From the NCBI GenBank assembly GCA_900617105.1, contig UYFQ01000778.1, forward strand, positions 1 through 52,549: a DNA stretch of 52,549 nucleotides, in the 5' to 3' direction. Below the pieces are notes generated by a model. The model was not told the origin of the DNA. It did no database searches and was given only the letters and a program-made list of their open reading frames with translations. The stretch is from Hydrurus foetidus. Its lineage: Eukaryota. The translations under genes were made by a program, and so were the position numbers. How positions within the stretch are numbered: the first letter of the stretch is position 1; the number at the start of each line of letters is the position of its first letter. Shown here one piece after another: positions 1-11,769 of the stretch.

Positions 1-270
1 CGTCCTGAATTATTGAGGGACCAAACCGTATACAGATACACGCGTCCTCGGTTTCTGACGCGTCCTGAATTCATACTGGTGGTCTTAGTTCCTCTAGGTG
101 CTTTTTCTAAACCGTATACATATGTATGCATCCTTCATACAAGAAGCGTCCTGTTTTTACGTAAAGGGCCACGATCTTTGTGGATTCGTATCGTACGGTG
201 TACTGTTATTAAATTCGTACCTATTGTATGACTGTGTACGTATCATGCGTCCTTTATATATAAGCGTCCT
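1..270 (-). repeat. Array of GCGTCCT and AAACCGTATAC motifs (AGGACGC on minus)
   Basis: Repeated (g)cgtcct(ga) at about 1, 43, 60, 146, 248 and 264; aaaccgtatac at about 23 and 109. Confidence 0.8.
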
Positions 271-697
271 GATTAGTTGACATGTACGTATTTATGTATT
301 TATTTGTTGTCATATTGGTTCTTAGGAATATCTTATCCATACAATATAAGACGTATGCTTTTATACTCATATACTGTCGAGTACATTCTGTCACCGGTAT
401 AGAAAAATCCTACCAACGAACTTTACAACTGATGAGTGCGATTTGACTACTTTGTCACGTGGACGTATGTGAAGTTTGTGCATGTAACGTGCGATCACCA
501 GTAGGAAATCTCGAAGGGATGCAACGAATGGTTCGAATAGTACGATTACGCTAACAGCAAGTGTGATAAATTGAATGAAAGATAAATCGTGTCATACGAT
601 CAACGTTGAAATCACTAGAATGGAGACAGCAACCCAAAGATGTGAATCGTTTACGTCGGGATCTGCCCACAAATATTAATATTAGATTGATAACAAT

Positions 698-1595
698 ATG
701 AGCAAATCTGCTGTCAGTACAAACGATCAGGATGAATGTGGCACCTTCAAACACGACCTCACGGGTGACTTCGATGACACAGAGACTGTGTGTCCTCCTG
801 TTGATCCAGTTGAGGTAATCGAAGTCGCCGGTCCATCTACTAAGGGGAAACACAAGGTCGTTCCTTTCGACGAGTATGCCCATCGTTGCTTCATTATCGA
901 AGCACTAGAACCCCCAAGTGATGCAAAGATTAAGACTGAATCTCCGGGCGTATTCATTAGTAAGAAAGTATTCAATTTGGAAACTTACGATCCGCTTGGG
1001 ACCAAGAGGATTACAACAGTGTGGGAGGACAATGCGGGCAAAACATATCGTTGGTTTCTGTAAGTTTTCATTGTATGCGTCTTATTATGTAATGGACTAA
1101 AACTAATTCGTAATTGTGTTTTTCTATTAGACGTAATTGGAATGGACCTACAACCGTTTTTATGTGGCCAAGTAGTGAATCCCTGACTACAATCGGAAGT
1201 GACAATTTCATTTCTACGGACGCATCGAGCTTCTTGCAGGTTATAATGGTATCATAATATTTTTTTTATGAATTACACTTTAACTTATGTATACAATGTT
1301 ATAACCGTAGTTTGCCTTCCACGAGGCAACAGCCCAGCAAAACGCGTTCCACTCTTGTCCGCACGCATGTGGATTGACAACAATTGTTCCAAATCGAAAA
1401 GCGAGTCAGCTGGTCTTGCACCCCAAAGCATTACCTAGTGTTATGGAGTGGCCTGCTAACGTAAACTTCAAGGTATCGGGCAAAATGATTAAGAAGCCTG
1501 TCGAATGGAACACTTCACCAGCTAAAACAATGGCCTACGCTGACTACGACTTTGACACACTCAGTCCCGTAAAAAAATTTAAATTTAACAAGTAA
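698..1595 (+). CDS. Hypothetical protein, 3 exons (698-1059, 1131-1239, 1311-1595), about 251 aa
   Basis: Two GT-AG introns join ORF 698-1063 to ORF 1374-1595 in frame with no internal stop. No recognisable domain. Confidence 0.7.
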
Positions 1596-1777
1596 CTTTG
1601 TATAACTTAAGCACCATAATTAATTATAATCATTCACATTGTTATGAACAATCCAATGTAACTAATGAATTCTTGACGATTAAATCAAATACTTCTTATA
1701 TCGGAGTTGTGAACTAAGTTGGTCATTCGGTTGTGATGAATCGTAGAGTGGCAAATTGTACCATTAGATATTTAATT

Positions 1778-2262
1778 AGGACGCATCTTCATATGAGGAA
1801 CGCATCATCAATAAAATGATGTCAAAGGTACTCAGACTTTTAGGTAAAAATCAGAACGCATCATTTCAGAAGGACGCGTCATGTACCGTGTATGCAAGGG
1901 GGTATTAAAAGGAGTATATACCCCCTTGGTGTATGGACGGTTTCACAAGGTTCGCAGACCTTTTCTATACCGTAGATGGACGCATGACCTATTATACGGT
2001 TTCGAAGGTTCGTAGAACTATTCGTAGAGATCAGGACGCATCTTCTCAAAAGGACGCGTAAGAACCGTGTATGAACGCATGATTTATTATACGGATCCAC
2101 ATAGTTCGTAGACTTTTTCGTAGAATTCAGGACGCATCCTTTCAGAAGGACGCATGGTATACCGTTTATAGACGTATGAATAATTATACGGTTTCGCAAG
2201 GTTCGTAAACCTTTTCGTAGAATTCAGGACGCATCCTGTCAGCAGGACGCGTCATGTACCGT
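1778..2262 (+). repeat. Array of AGGACGC(ATC) and TATACGGTTT motifs with roughly 97-bp higher-order period, plus an 11-bp stem-loop at 1895-1928
   Basis: tcaggacgcatc..aggacgc blocks near 2031, 2128 and 2225; CAAGGGGGTAT/ATACCCCCTTG inverted pair. Confidence 0.85.
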
Positions 2263-2402
2263 GTAATGACTCCTCTTGTGAACCGCTTCTACCTTTATCA
2301 CACGTATTCTGACAGACAATTACCACCCATCAGTCATTTGAGCACATCACTTGACGCACATAACAAGCTTATACTGCAATATCTATCAGACACCTATGCT
2401 TT

Positions 2403-5400
2403 ATGTCTAGAGAACGTTCTGGCTCCTTTATGGAAGATTTCACAACGTCCGACGGGAACACGACAAGTAATGCCACGTCCGAAGAGTCCTGTTCTATGAT
2501 GAGAAGATTGTTGGAGGATACAGGAGGTCAAGAAAATCTGTCCCAGTTCATGACATTATTACAGAAATATGCCGAGAACAGTGAGCTACAAATACTAGAG
2601 TCACAACAGTTCAATGAGGCAATATCACACACGGCCTTCAGTTTCAATTATGCTTATCAAGACAGACACCTATTCGGCAAATTCCTGGAATTATCACCAT
2701 TATATGTCGCAGCACCATGGTTTGTCCAGCAATACACTTTCAGGAAGCGGTATAGGCACTCAGTTTTACTAGGAGATATATTGTACGTATGGGCTTGTTG
2801 TTGACGTGTCATTCAGTCCCTAACCAATCCTACGTATTACAGGGAAAATTGGAAACACGATGGAACAGTCGGTTCAACTATTCTGACGTTGGGGAGCACA
2901 AAAGTTTCAGTACCACTATTGTCAGACACTGATAAGGTACACAACATACAAATTGACATGTATGAAAGCCTGTTGACTAATTTCTTACACCATTTATATG
3001 AATAGAATACAATCGAAAGATACTATACTGCCAGAGACACTCGAAAGAGAGTAAACGAAAAACTCTGTAGGTTTTTTACGGCACGAAATGATGAATGGAT
3101 AAAATTTCTGGCCACCGTGTTTCCGAACGATATTATAGCCAAAGATAGGCTAACAGTCATCAAAGTCGCTACAAAGTTAAAAAATGCCAGAAACACAAAT
3201 TACAGAGTGCGCGAAAGAGTCAAAAATACAAGCACCAAAAAACTTAGCAAAAAGGTAAATGATTACATCTAATTGTTAAGATTACATAGAAACTAACTAT
3301 TTTGCACACCTATTTCAGATTATGCAACCAGGAGAGTCGATTAGCTTTCAAGCAGTCGGTAGTGACCAAAATAACGAGGTTTGTAATGGAATACTACATC
3401 CACGATGACACAACAAAATACTAAGTGATACTCATCAATCGTAGGATTCTGCACATCACATAACGAATACACCACACACCAACGATGTCCAACTCAACGA
3501 CGTGGAAGATCACGATAGTCCGACGGATACAGCGACAATACTACAAGAAAATGTGGATGACGGAGATATTGAAATGACTAACACTGACATGGTACATACT
3601 CATGACTTATATACTTATACTAAATACTAATATTACATTTCTAATCAGGGTAATCATACATCATGTAGGATATAATGTCGAGCATATGCGTATCGGATTT
3701 AACTACATCAGGTTTAGAAATACCGACGGTAAGTTTGATACGTCGATAATTGTTACATATTATACAACTAATGTGTGTCTCATACGTAAACAAGGTATTG
3801 CATCAGCCAAATGCAAGCATGGTAAACAAAAGTCAAGTTGCCAACATTATGCAAATGTTATCTGAGGAGACACAGGTACACAACCAAGAAACGTCACTAC
3901 TAAAGTTATGGATATTTACTAAATTAACTAATGGATGTATATAAAGGACGTTGAGTGTGAGGCACGCGATGCCAGAATGCGTCAAGATGAACAACTTATG
4001 AAATTCATTAGTTCGGCAACTTGTGCATTGATTACGACAAATGATTGTAAGGGTATCGTTCGACTATTATTACAAGCGTTTCTCGACAAAATGAAGGTAT
4101 GGTTCTCATGATGTAATACTAATATACAAATAAAAAATAACAATTGAATGTATCACAACGTAGGAGGGAAACAGTGAGGAAACAAATAGTTGGGAAACGC
4201 TGTCAACAACAACTTTGCAACAGTGCGTTAAACAGGTAATTTGTACAATCAACAACTAAACATGTTATATGACCTGATCATACTTTTATGATAAACATTG
4301 TGTAGGCAACACCAGATATCAGCGCCATTGATTCGGTAGAGACACACAATACTGTAAGTTCTGGTTAGTTTATGTATTCGAATCTAGTTATAAAGAGTAC
4401 AAAAGTAAATATCATCATTGATATACTTTCAGGTGACACCATTAAATGAAATACCAAGAATGATAACAAGCAAACGAAGAAGGCGCACGGTCAGCTTCAT
4501 AGTGGAAGATCCTAGGGACGAGAGAAATGCTGTGAAACGTTTCTTGGAAGAATATCGTAAGGTTAGATACTAGAATATGAGTCAACTTATTTGTTTGCAA
4601 ACGATCATCTACAAAGTTAATTAATATATCATTCATTTATATGTGTAGGACATAATTCCAGAAGATTTTCAGACGTGGGGTGGGCGACGTCACTTACCGC
4701 ATATACACAATAAACTTGATTATGAACCATATATTCATTTTCCATGGGAAAATAATTCATGTGCATTAGATTCGATAATGACAGCGTGGTGGATTTTATT
4801 CAATACGATGAAAAAACTAATGAATAATGATATAACGGAAATCTTCGAGAGGGAATACCCGGAATTCAACGAATTATTTATCGAAATGTATGAAGGACAA
4901 ATAGATAACATACAAGCAAAAGAAAAGGTAAGACGTATTTTCCAAGGCGTCTTAAATTCGAATTACCAAAGTAATCTATTTATAGAATTACCCACAATAA
5001 ACACTCATATTGATGAGGAACTGTACGATCAGACTAATCACACATTACGACGCCCCGCATTACTTCATTGGAGAATAACCGTAAAACGAAAATGCATGAA
5101 TACAGCTTGTGGTTGTCATGATACAATTGTCGATGTAAAGATAAGTCACGTTGGGGAGTTTGAATTACTACCAACACCCTCAAAAGTAATGTTTCATATA
5201 CAAGATGCATTCATGGAATCAGTTACCTGTGCATATGCTTATCAAACATGTGATGAATGTAAAGTCATTGTGCATTCAACAGTAGAGACTAATTCACTTC
5301 CACATGTAATAAAAATTCGATTCCCAACTATCAATAAGGACAATAGAACCAAATACAAAATAACGCGGATAGACAAATTTTTAATGCTCGATAATACTAA

Positions 5401-5650
5401 GTACAATATTGTAGGAGCAATCTATGGGAATGACGAGCACTTTCTGTTTCGATATGTTTTTGACGACATGATTTACGAGGCCGATGGAATGCATATGCAC
5501 CAACTCCAAGTACCCGGGGAAATAAAACATTCAGCGGAAAGTATTTACATTACAAATGATTATAATAAAGGAATGCCTATGAAGACAAGGGGTACACAAC
5601 TAACGCCTTCTGAAATATATTACATAAGAGACTATACCATCGTTACATAA
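2403..5650 (+). CDS. 11-exon gene (about 843 codons) with C-terminal USP/USPL1-like papain-fold cysteine peptidase domain; one in-frame TGA at 2802-2804
   Basis: Exons 2403-2936, 3006-3254, 3319-3378, 3445-3591, 3669-3728, 3795-3875, 3947-4096, 4164-4235, 4306-4353, 4433-4561, 4649-5650, all GT-AG and in frame. Cys box FPWENNSCALDS (Cys 4760-4762), CMNTAC...CDEC zinc-ribbon-like pairs, His/Asp box GNDEHF..IYEADG. Confidence 0.7.
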
Positions 5651-5654
5651 GTAA

Positions 5655-6467
5655 TTAAGCTATATCATTCTTTCCTAATCTTAGCAATTTTGATAGCAAC
5701 AATTGGATATCAAAGATATAACACGAACTAACATCGGACATTTTACTGGCGAGAGCCTCAGCATTAAAATTTACAGAAATGTTGCGCATGGAGTTATCAT
5801 AAAGTAAATGAACGGACGTATCAGTAATAGATAAGCCGACGGCATGATCGGCGACCTTTCGCCCGTTAGCAGTCATACCATAAACAATAAATCTGGATCT
5901 CTCGTTCGCTAGTCCTCTCAATCGTTTAAGTTGCTTACGATGTACATCGTTGTTCCATTTAGCCTTCCCAAAAAGAACATACTGTCCCACGGCACCTGAT
6001 AAGAGCTTATACACAGTTGCTCCGTTAAAAGCACGAATAGACTTGCTGTCAACCTTCTGCACTCTCTTCCACACGAATGTCATGTTTCGTCCGTGACTCT
6101 TATATATAGATCGCAACCAACGCAAGTATGTATTGACGTTAAGGGAGGAAATCCCTTTGGTTATCCTCTCCGATGGATTGATAAGCATCGTTTGCTTGAA
6201 GGATTCGACAAATCCAAGTGCACCATCCATCTGAAACAGTCACAATGTAAACAGTTAGAATGAATCAGATAGAAAAACAACAACCGTAATGAAATTGACA
6301 TATCGACTCACAGTAAGGATGTTCTTCTGACTGACAGTACACATCTCCCATATTGCATACAGGAGACATAGGTTATCATTCAACACCCACTTGATGACTG
6401 GGGCAATCACGAGCTTACAGCCTCGTACTGCTTTCTTCACGACTGAAATCTTCCTCGTTACCCTCAT
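5655..6467 (-). CDS. 2-exon gene (6467-6312, 6230-5655), putative papain-fold cysteine peptidase
   Basis: Phase-0 GTGAGT..CAG intron joins ORFs 6255-6467 and 5655-6230. NDNLCLLYAIW (Cys) and DHAVGL...LLYDNS (His, Asp) occur in papain-like order. Confidence 0.6.
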
Positions 6468-6609
6468 AGCTGCACTGAGCTATCACTTTAGTACAACTAA
6501 GCTCTAGATAGATCATATCCTTCGTAATCGAATAAACAGTTCAAGCCCTGCTCCAATTCCAACCTTGATGCAACGACTGAACGTGTAGATGCATGTAAGG
6601 CAGGCAGAT

Positions 6610-6900
6610 TGACGCGTCCTGAACGATAAACGCGTCTTGCGATACGCGTCCTGTTAACGATATGCGTCCTGAATTCCAGTAAAGGTCTACGATTCACACA
6701 ATTACATACCCCATGGATCCAACGATGATACGAATAAACCGTGTACGATGAACGCGTCCTTATTATCGAAGCGTCCCGACACCATATTTGAATTATATAC
6801 CGTATACGAAAGTAACATTCACATACTAATAAACCGTATACGCATGCCTGCGTCCTTGTTATCGAATGCGTCCCGAAGAATAATATTATGTATACCGTAT
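6610..6900 (-). repeat. Array of GCGTCC(T) and AAACCGTATAC motifs, inverted relative to the 1778-2262 array
   Basis: About eight gcgtcc/gcgtct and several accgt(a/g)tac copies. Confidence 0.8.
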
Positions 6901-6962
6901 ACAAAAGTGACGAACATTAATCCCCCATACGGTAGCTCGACGAGCTGCCCCACCACAATATA

Positions 6963-7510
6963 GAACCAAACTTTGCTTTGGCATACTCGATCAAACCTTC
7001 CAACATCTCTCCACCTGAATATACAACATATTCGCAAATCATCTCAGTGACCTGGCGATCGCCGATCCTGAGCAATTCGGATGCTGGCTCTCCAGCGGTC
7101 AAATCAATAGTGGCGCGCTTTCACGGTTATTGAGCCATCGAACTTCTCCAAGAGGCACCATTCTTTCAATCAGGTAATACTTTTTGCAACCTGAGAGCAC
7201 CTAGCAATCACATTCACATGCTGAAATTTCTTGAGCATCATCCTCACATATCCACAATTTTACGTAATTGAAGAAACCGTGCCAAGTCAGCAACAGCTGA
7301 AGTTGTCGTCGGCGACACAGACCACAACATCTTCAACCATATCCTGATTTCGAAGGTAACTCATCTTACGACACTTCCTAGCATCTTCATCGGCTCCAAC
7401 TATCATAACAGTCAGTTGCACCTACTTTCTCAATGTCACGTTGATTATATTGACATCTGAACGTTGATTCTCATCTGACAGGCAAATGCCAAAGCGAAAG
7501 GTGTGTAGTG
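6963..7510 (+). repeat. Left TIR (548 bp)
   Basis: Inverted copy at 10795-11342. Confidence 0.95.
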
Positions 7511-10135
7511 TCGAGACTGCTGCAGAGCTGGAGGACAGTAGGAGGCGGGACGTCTATGACAATCCACCTGATCCAAGCGAAGCAAAGGATGTTAATATTT
7601 TAAACGCCTTGAAATGGCATAGTTGGTGTTGGAGCAAGTTCGACAGTTACTCAAAAGCTGGAATAGGAAAGAAGACTTTCGGAAGGTCAGCTATCAAATT
7701 GCAACAGATTATTTTCACTACGCAACTAAACACTTTAATATCATAATGTCGCTTTTTAAGGGCATTAGCTGATGTGGCGAATGGTGGCACTAGGATTCCG
7801 AGAATGGGGAGAAAGCCTTTGCTTTCTGATGCTGGCGTATCTGAATTGAATGAGAAATTATTGGAGTGTGCTAAGAAATGTAAAGCTATTAAACAACATC
7901 AATTCGGTTCAGTGCTGCGAACAGCAATTTCGACTGAAAAAGACAATCCTTTTGCTGAAATCACAATTACTCCGAAGACAATAAAGAAATATCAGAAGTT
8001 AGCTGCTGGGCTCGTGGTGCCAGCAGATGTAAAGTCTGACAGTCGACTTAAGGCATTTGAAAATATAAGAAATCAAGTTTCATGCGCTGCAGTTATGAAA
8101 TTCATATTCCAAACTGTTCATTACTCGATGTTCTTTTCATGCGACGACGTTTCAATTCTCGTCAATAAAATGGACGACATTAAGCCGAAAGTGATTCTAC
8201 CAAAGGAGGCCATAGAGTTTCTGCACGCCCATCACATATCTGTTTCAACAGATGGGACTCAAGAGCAACAGAGGATGATAACCTTCAATCTGTGCATTGG
8301 AGGGAGTGGCGAGTCCCCAACAAAGATTATAAAGTTTGCAGATCGCAATTTTGAAGATCTGAAAATAAAACCCAAAATTATCGTGTTAAAGCCAGACTTC
8401 TATGTCATCCTATACCACCCTTCTTTGGATGAAACGGTGCTAAACATATGGATGTTCCAAAACTGCATCATCCCTCAGCTTGAATTACAAAGGTATGCAA
8501 TACATACATACACACACACATACATACATACATACATACATACATACACACACACATACATACATACATACATACATACATACATACATACATACACACA
8601 TGCATGCATACATACATACATACATACCGCACAATACATACATGCCAGATGCGTACGTACATTACATACTTGCATAGCTGCGTACGTACTGTACGTGCAA
8701 TGCGTACGTACGTACGTAGCGCATGCCGTGCAATGCGTGCGTAGCCGTACAGTACATGTGTACGTGCATACGTCAATGCAGTACTTACGCATACACGATA
8801 GTGCATACATACATGCATGCATACGCAACGTACCGCATACATACATGCTGCAGCATTACATACATTACATGCATACGTACATACATACATACATACATGC
8901 ATGCATACATACATACATACATACATGCGGCATACATGCATACATGTGCGGACATGTACATTAATGCATTAATCGTGTTCGTTACAAACAACAATGCTGA
9001 TCAGTCTTCAGATTATTTTCTCTCTAGATCTAGTGCCATAAAAGACGACATCGATGGTATCCCAGAAATTGTACTGTCTCAGATGTCTTTACCAAACACG
9101 AATGAATTCAGCGAAGAGGAAATTGCCGACGAGGAAGATAGGCGTCAAAAGATACGTGACAAGTACAAATATTTGTGCATTGCATTTGATGGAGACCATC
9201 CACAAATTGCTGCCACTGAGCAGACCCTTATCCCGAGAAGTATATCCAAAAACCAGAATCTTGTCTTCCTCAAGTGGGCAGGAGGGTGCTCCATGACGCA
9301 GTCACCTAATGATAATAATCGTGGAATGCACCCGGTATTAAAAAAAGTATATGGAGATAGCAAGTACCGGTATGGCGTTATCGCTGATCCCCCAGGGGAG
9401 AAGTGGGTTCTGCTGAAGGCCTACCTCCGTGAATATTTGGATCCGGGTTCCTTCCGTACGGTGTGGAAAGCGATGTGCTACGCTCCTTCCACTCTACAAA
9501 ACGCATGTAAGTCGTCCAGTATACGCAGTGCCTACCATAATACAGGGATAGTAGATCAGGATAAGCTGCTCGAAATGCAAAGTGGAGTGAAGACTAACCC
9601 TAGCAACCCCAGAACAATACTGGGTGTTAATCCATTTTTCAATCACTTCACGGCCGACGATGGCAACTACATGTTGGGTAAAATTGATGAATTCGCGGAG
9701 ATTATTTCAAGACATGGGTACATTCCGGAGGATGATTTCACGAAGGTGCTAATGGGGAAGACTTACTTGGACAACTGTCCAGCAGTCAAGCCAGGCTCGA
9801 AGCCTCTTAACGACATGGAGACGAACAGACAAAGAAACCTGGTTTTGTCAAATGAGGGGTTCATCGATCAGTGTCGCTCACGGAAAGAGAATCGGAAAAT
9901 GGTTGATGCTGATAAAGAGACAAAGGAAATCAATATGAAGGTGTTCAGGCCAGCATATAAGGCAGAGGCATTGGAGAAGAAAAAGGTCAGGATAGAAGCA
10001 GAAGCAAATGAGGCGAAACGAGTAAAGGAGGAATTAAAACAGATCAAGAATGATCAGAAAATGGAAAATAAAAAAAAGAGGGAAGAAGAAAAAGGTTTGA
10101 AGAAAGTAAACCCAAAAATAGGAGGGTGTGTTTAA
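7486..10135 (+). CDS. pogo/DDE_1-like transposase, exons 7486-7685, 7761-8492, 9028-10135
   Basis: GRKPLLS linker; catalytic-like motifs FFSCDDVS, IAFDGDHPQ and TQSPND (40 residues between the 2nd and 3rd Asp). Two GT-AG introns restore one frame. Basic, charged C-terminus. Confidence 0.8.
8500..8960. repeat. (TACA)n / alternating purine-pyrimidine microsatellite in transposase intron 2
   Basis: Direct reading of the sequence. Confidence 0.95.
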
Positions 10136-10794
10136 TTTCTATTGTACATTATAATCTTCGCCATTGAAATTGCGGATAATTATAAATTAGTATTATTTGA
10201 ATTCTGGTTTGGTGGAAATAATCTTACTACCTAAGTTTATGAAATATTATTCATCTTTCAGTACTTCTATTATTCATGACGTTAGCAGTAGTTACTTCCC
10301 AATATTTACCTGAGCACAAATATTTATTGCGCTACTCCTATTATCTGCCACTAGTTGCAATTGCAATCGATTATTCATTTCTATTTTATTTCGTATCCAA
10401 ATTAATGTTGAACGTTAATAAACGCTGTGGATACCTGTGATGTCTGCGAAAAAAAAAGTAATTAAAAATATCATGTATTGATCCTGTGTAATCTTTCTTG
10501 AGTTCGTCCGCAGTTTCGGGTTGCCTTCATCATTCCATTATCTTTATCATAGTTACCTATGAAATTAATGTGTGTGGTTTAGATGGAATGCGTGCACCGA
10601 TGATTGAACACCAAGAAACAAGTGTCGATGTAATCTTACTCCATATCACCCGCAATTATTCTCAGCTATCAGCTTTCTGAATGCGATAAATAGAATCCAA
10701 ATTCATGTTCATCGTTGACAAACGCTGTGTTAGCCAGTGATAGATCAGCCAGAAATAATGAGACTCAGTACGTAATGATGACCTCGAAATCAAT

Positions 10795-11342
10795 CACTAC
10801 ACACCTTTCGCTTTGGCATTTGCCTGTCAGATGAGAATCAACGTTCAGATGTCAATATAATCAACGTGACATTGAGAAAGTAGGTGCAACTGACTGTTAT
10901 GATAGTTGGAGCCGATGAAGATGCTAGGAAGTGTCGTAAGATGAGTTACCTTCGAAATCAGGATATGGTTGAAGATGTTGTGGTCTGTGTCGCCGACGAC
11001 AACTTCAGCTGTTGCTGACTTGGCACGGTTTCTTCAATTACGTAAAATTGTGGATATGTGAGGATGATGCTCAAGAAATTTCAGCATGTGAATGTGATTG
11101 CTAGGTGCTCTCAGGTTGCAAAAAGTATTACCTGATTGAAAGAATGGTGCCTCTCGGAGAAGCTCGATGGCTCAATAACCGTGAAAGCGCGCCACTATTG
11201 ATTTGACCGCTGGAGAGCCAGCATCCGAATTGCTCAGGATCGGCGATCGCCAGGTCACTGAGATGATTTGCGAATATGTTGTATATTCAGGTGGAGAGAT
11301 GTTGGAAGGTTTGATCGAGTATGCCAAAGCAAAGTTTGGTTC
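10795..11342 (-). repeat. Right TIR (548 bp)
   Basis: Inverted copy of 6963-7510. Confidence 0.95.
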
Positions 11343-11390
11343 TACATTTTCCCGAGGGGTCTACATATTCCCGGTACTGGAAATCAAAAT

Positions 11391-11511
11391 GTGAAGAGTG
11401 AAGAGTGAAGAGTGGAGAGTGAAGAGTCAAGAGTGAAGAGTGGAGAGTGAAGAGTCAAGAGTGAAGAGTCAAGAGTGAAGAGTGGAGAGTGAAGAGTCAA
11501 GAGTGAAGAGT
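11391..11511 (+). repeat. 7-bp tandem repeat GTGAAGA (variants GTGGAGA, GTCAAGA), about 17 copies
   Basis: Direct reading of the sequence. Confidence 0.95.
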
Positions 11512-11769
11512 CTCACTGTAGACTGTTGACTGTAGAGGATGTAACGTGCCCACATACTATACCGGAAGAAGCAGGAACCTTTCAGAATAAGGTTTCGGCC
11601 TGCGGCCGAAAATCAAGGAATATTTTGATATTTTGAGTTTGAGAACAATATTCCACTTGAACTGAAGAGAATATGGCCATCATCCCTCTGAGCTGTTTAG
11701 ATATTTGGCGACCGTGGAAAGGAATTGTTGGAAGCAAATCGTCTCTGTTCCCCCGTACTTATCACTGCA

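Larger units (their letters stand above)
1..6960. mobile_element. AT-rich, element-like block (probable right part of a large unclassified mobile element) with three intron-containing genes
   Basis: Visibly more AT-rich than the host genes downstream. The same short motifs recur in arrays at 1-270, 1778-2262 and 6610-6900. Cargo is peptidases and an orphan gene. Hairpin GGTAGCTCG-A-CGAGCTGCC at 6931-6949 near the right edge. No transposase or left end in the window. Confidence 0.5.
6963..11342 (+). mobile_element. pogo-like (IS630-Tc1-mariner) DNA transposon, 4380 bp, 548-bp TIRs, TA target duplication
   Basis: 6963-7510 is the reverse complement of 10795-11342 (two mismatches noticed by eye). 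TA at 6961-6962 and 11343-11344. Internal DDD transposase. Confidence 0.9.

Noticed and set aside
1778..2262. CRISPR-like repeat-spacer appearance
   Set aside because: Repeats are degenerate, the spacers resemble each other, there are no cas genes, and the context is eukaryotic.
8468..8994. Several long His/Thr/Tyr/Ile or Met/Tyr/Val/Cys ORFs on both strands
   Set aside because: Translations of the (TACA)n microsatellite inside a GT-AG intron.
10395..10729. Imperfect 35-bp direct repeat 300 bp apart in the transposon's 3' region
   Set aside because: Real, but short and degenerate with no evident function.
6952..11353. Mutator/MULE assignment suggested by the long TIRs
   Set aside because: No 8-10 bp TSD (ACCACAATA versus CATTTTCCC); TA flanks and pogo-type DDD motifs instead.
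6917..11394. Twin ORFs MTAGEPASELL.. at 6917-7102 (-) and 11203-11394 (+)
   Set aside because: By-products of the TIR duplication; TTG starts, and they run out of the element.
11391..11511. Interstitial telomere or telomerase-added repeat
   Set aside because: GTGAAGA does not resemble TTAGGG or TTTAGGG-type repeats.
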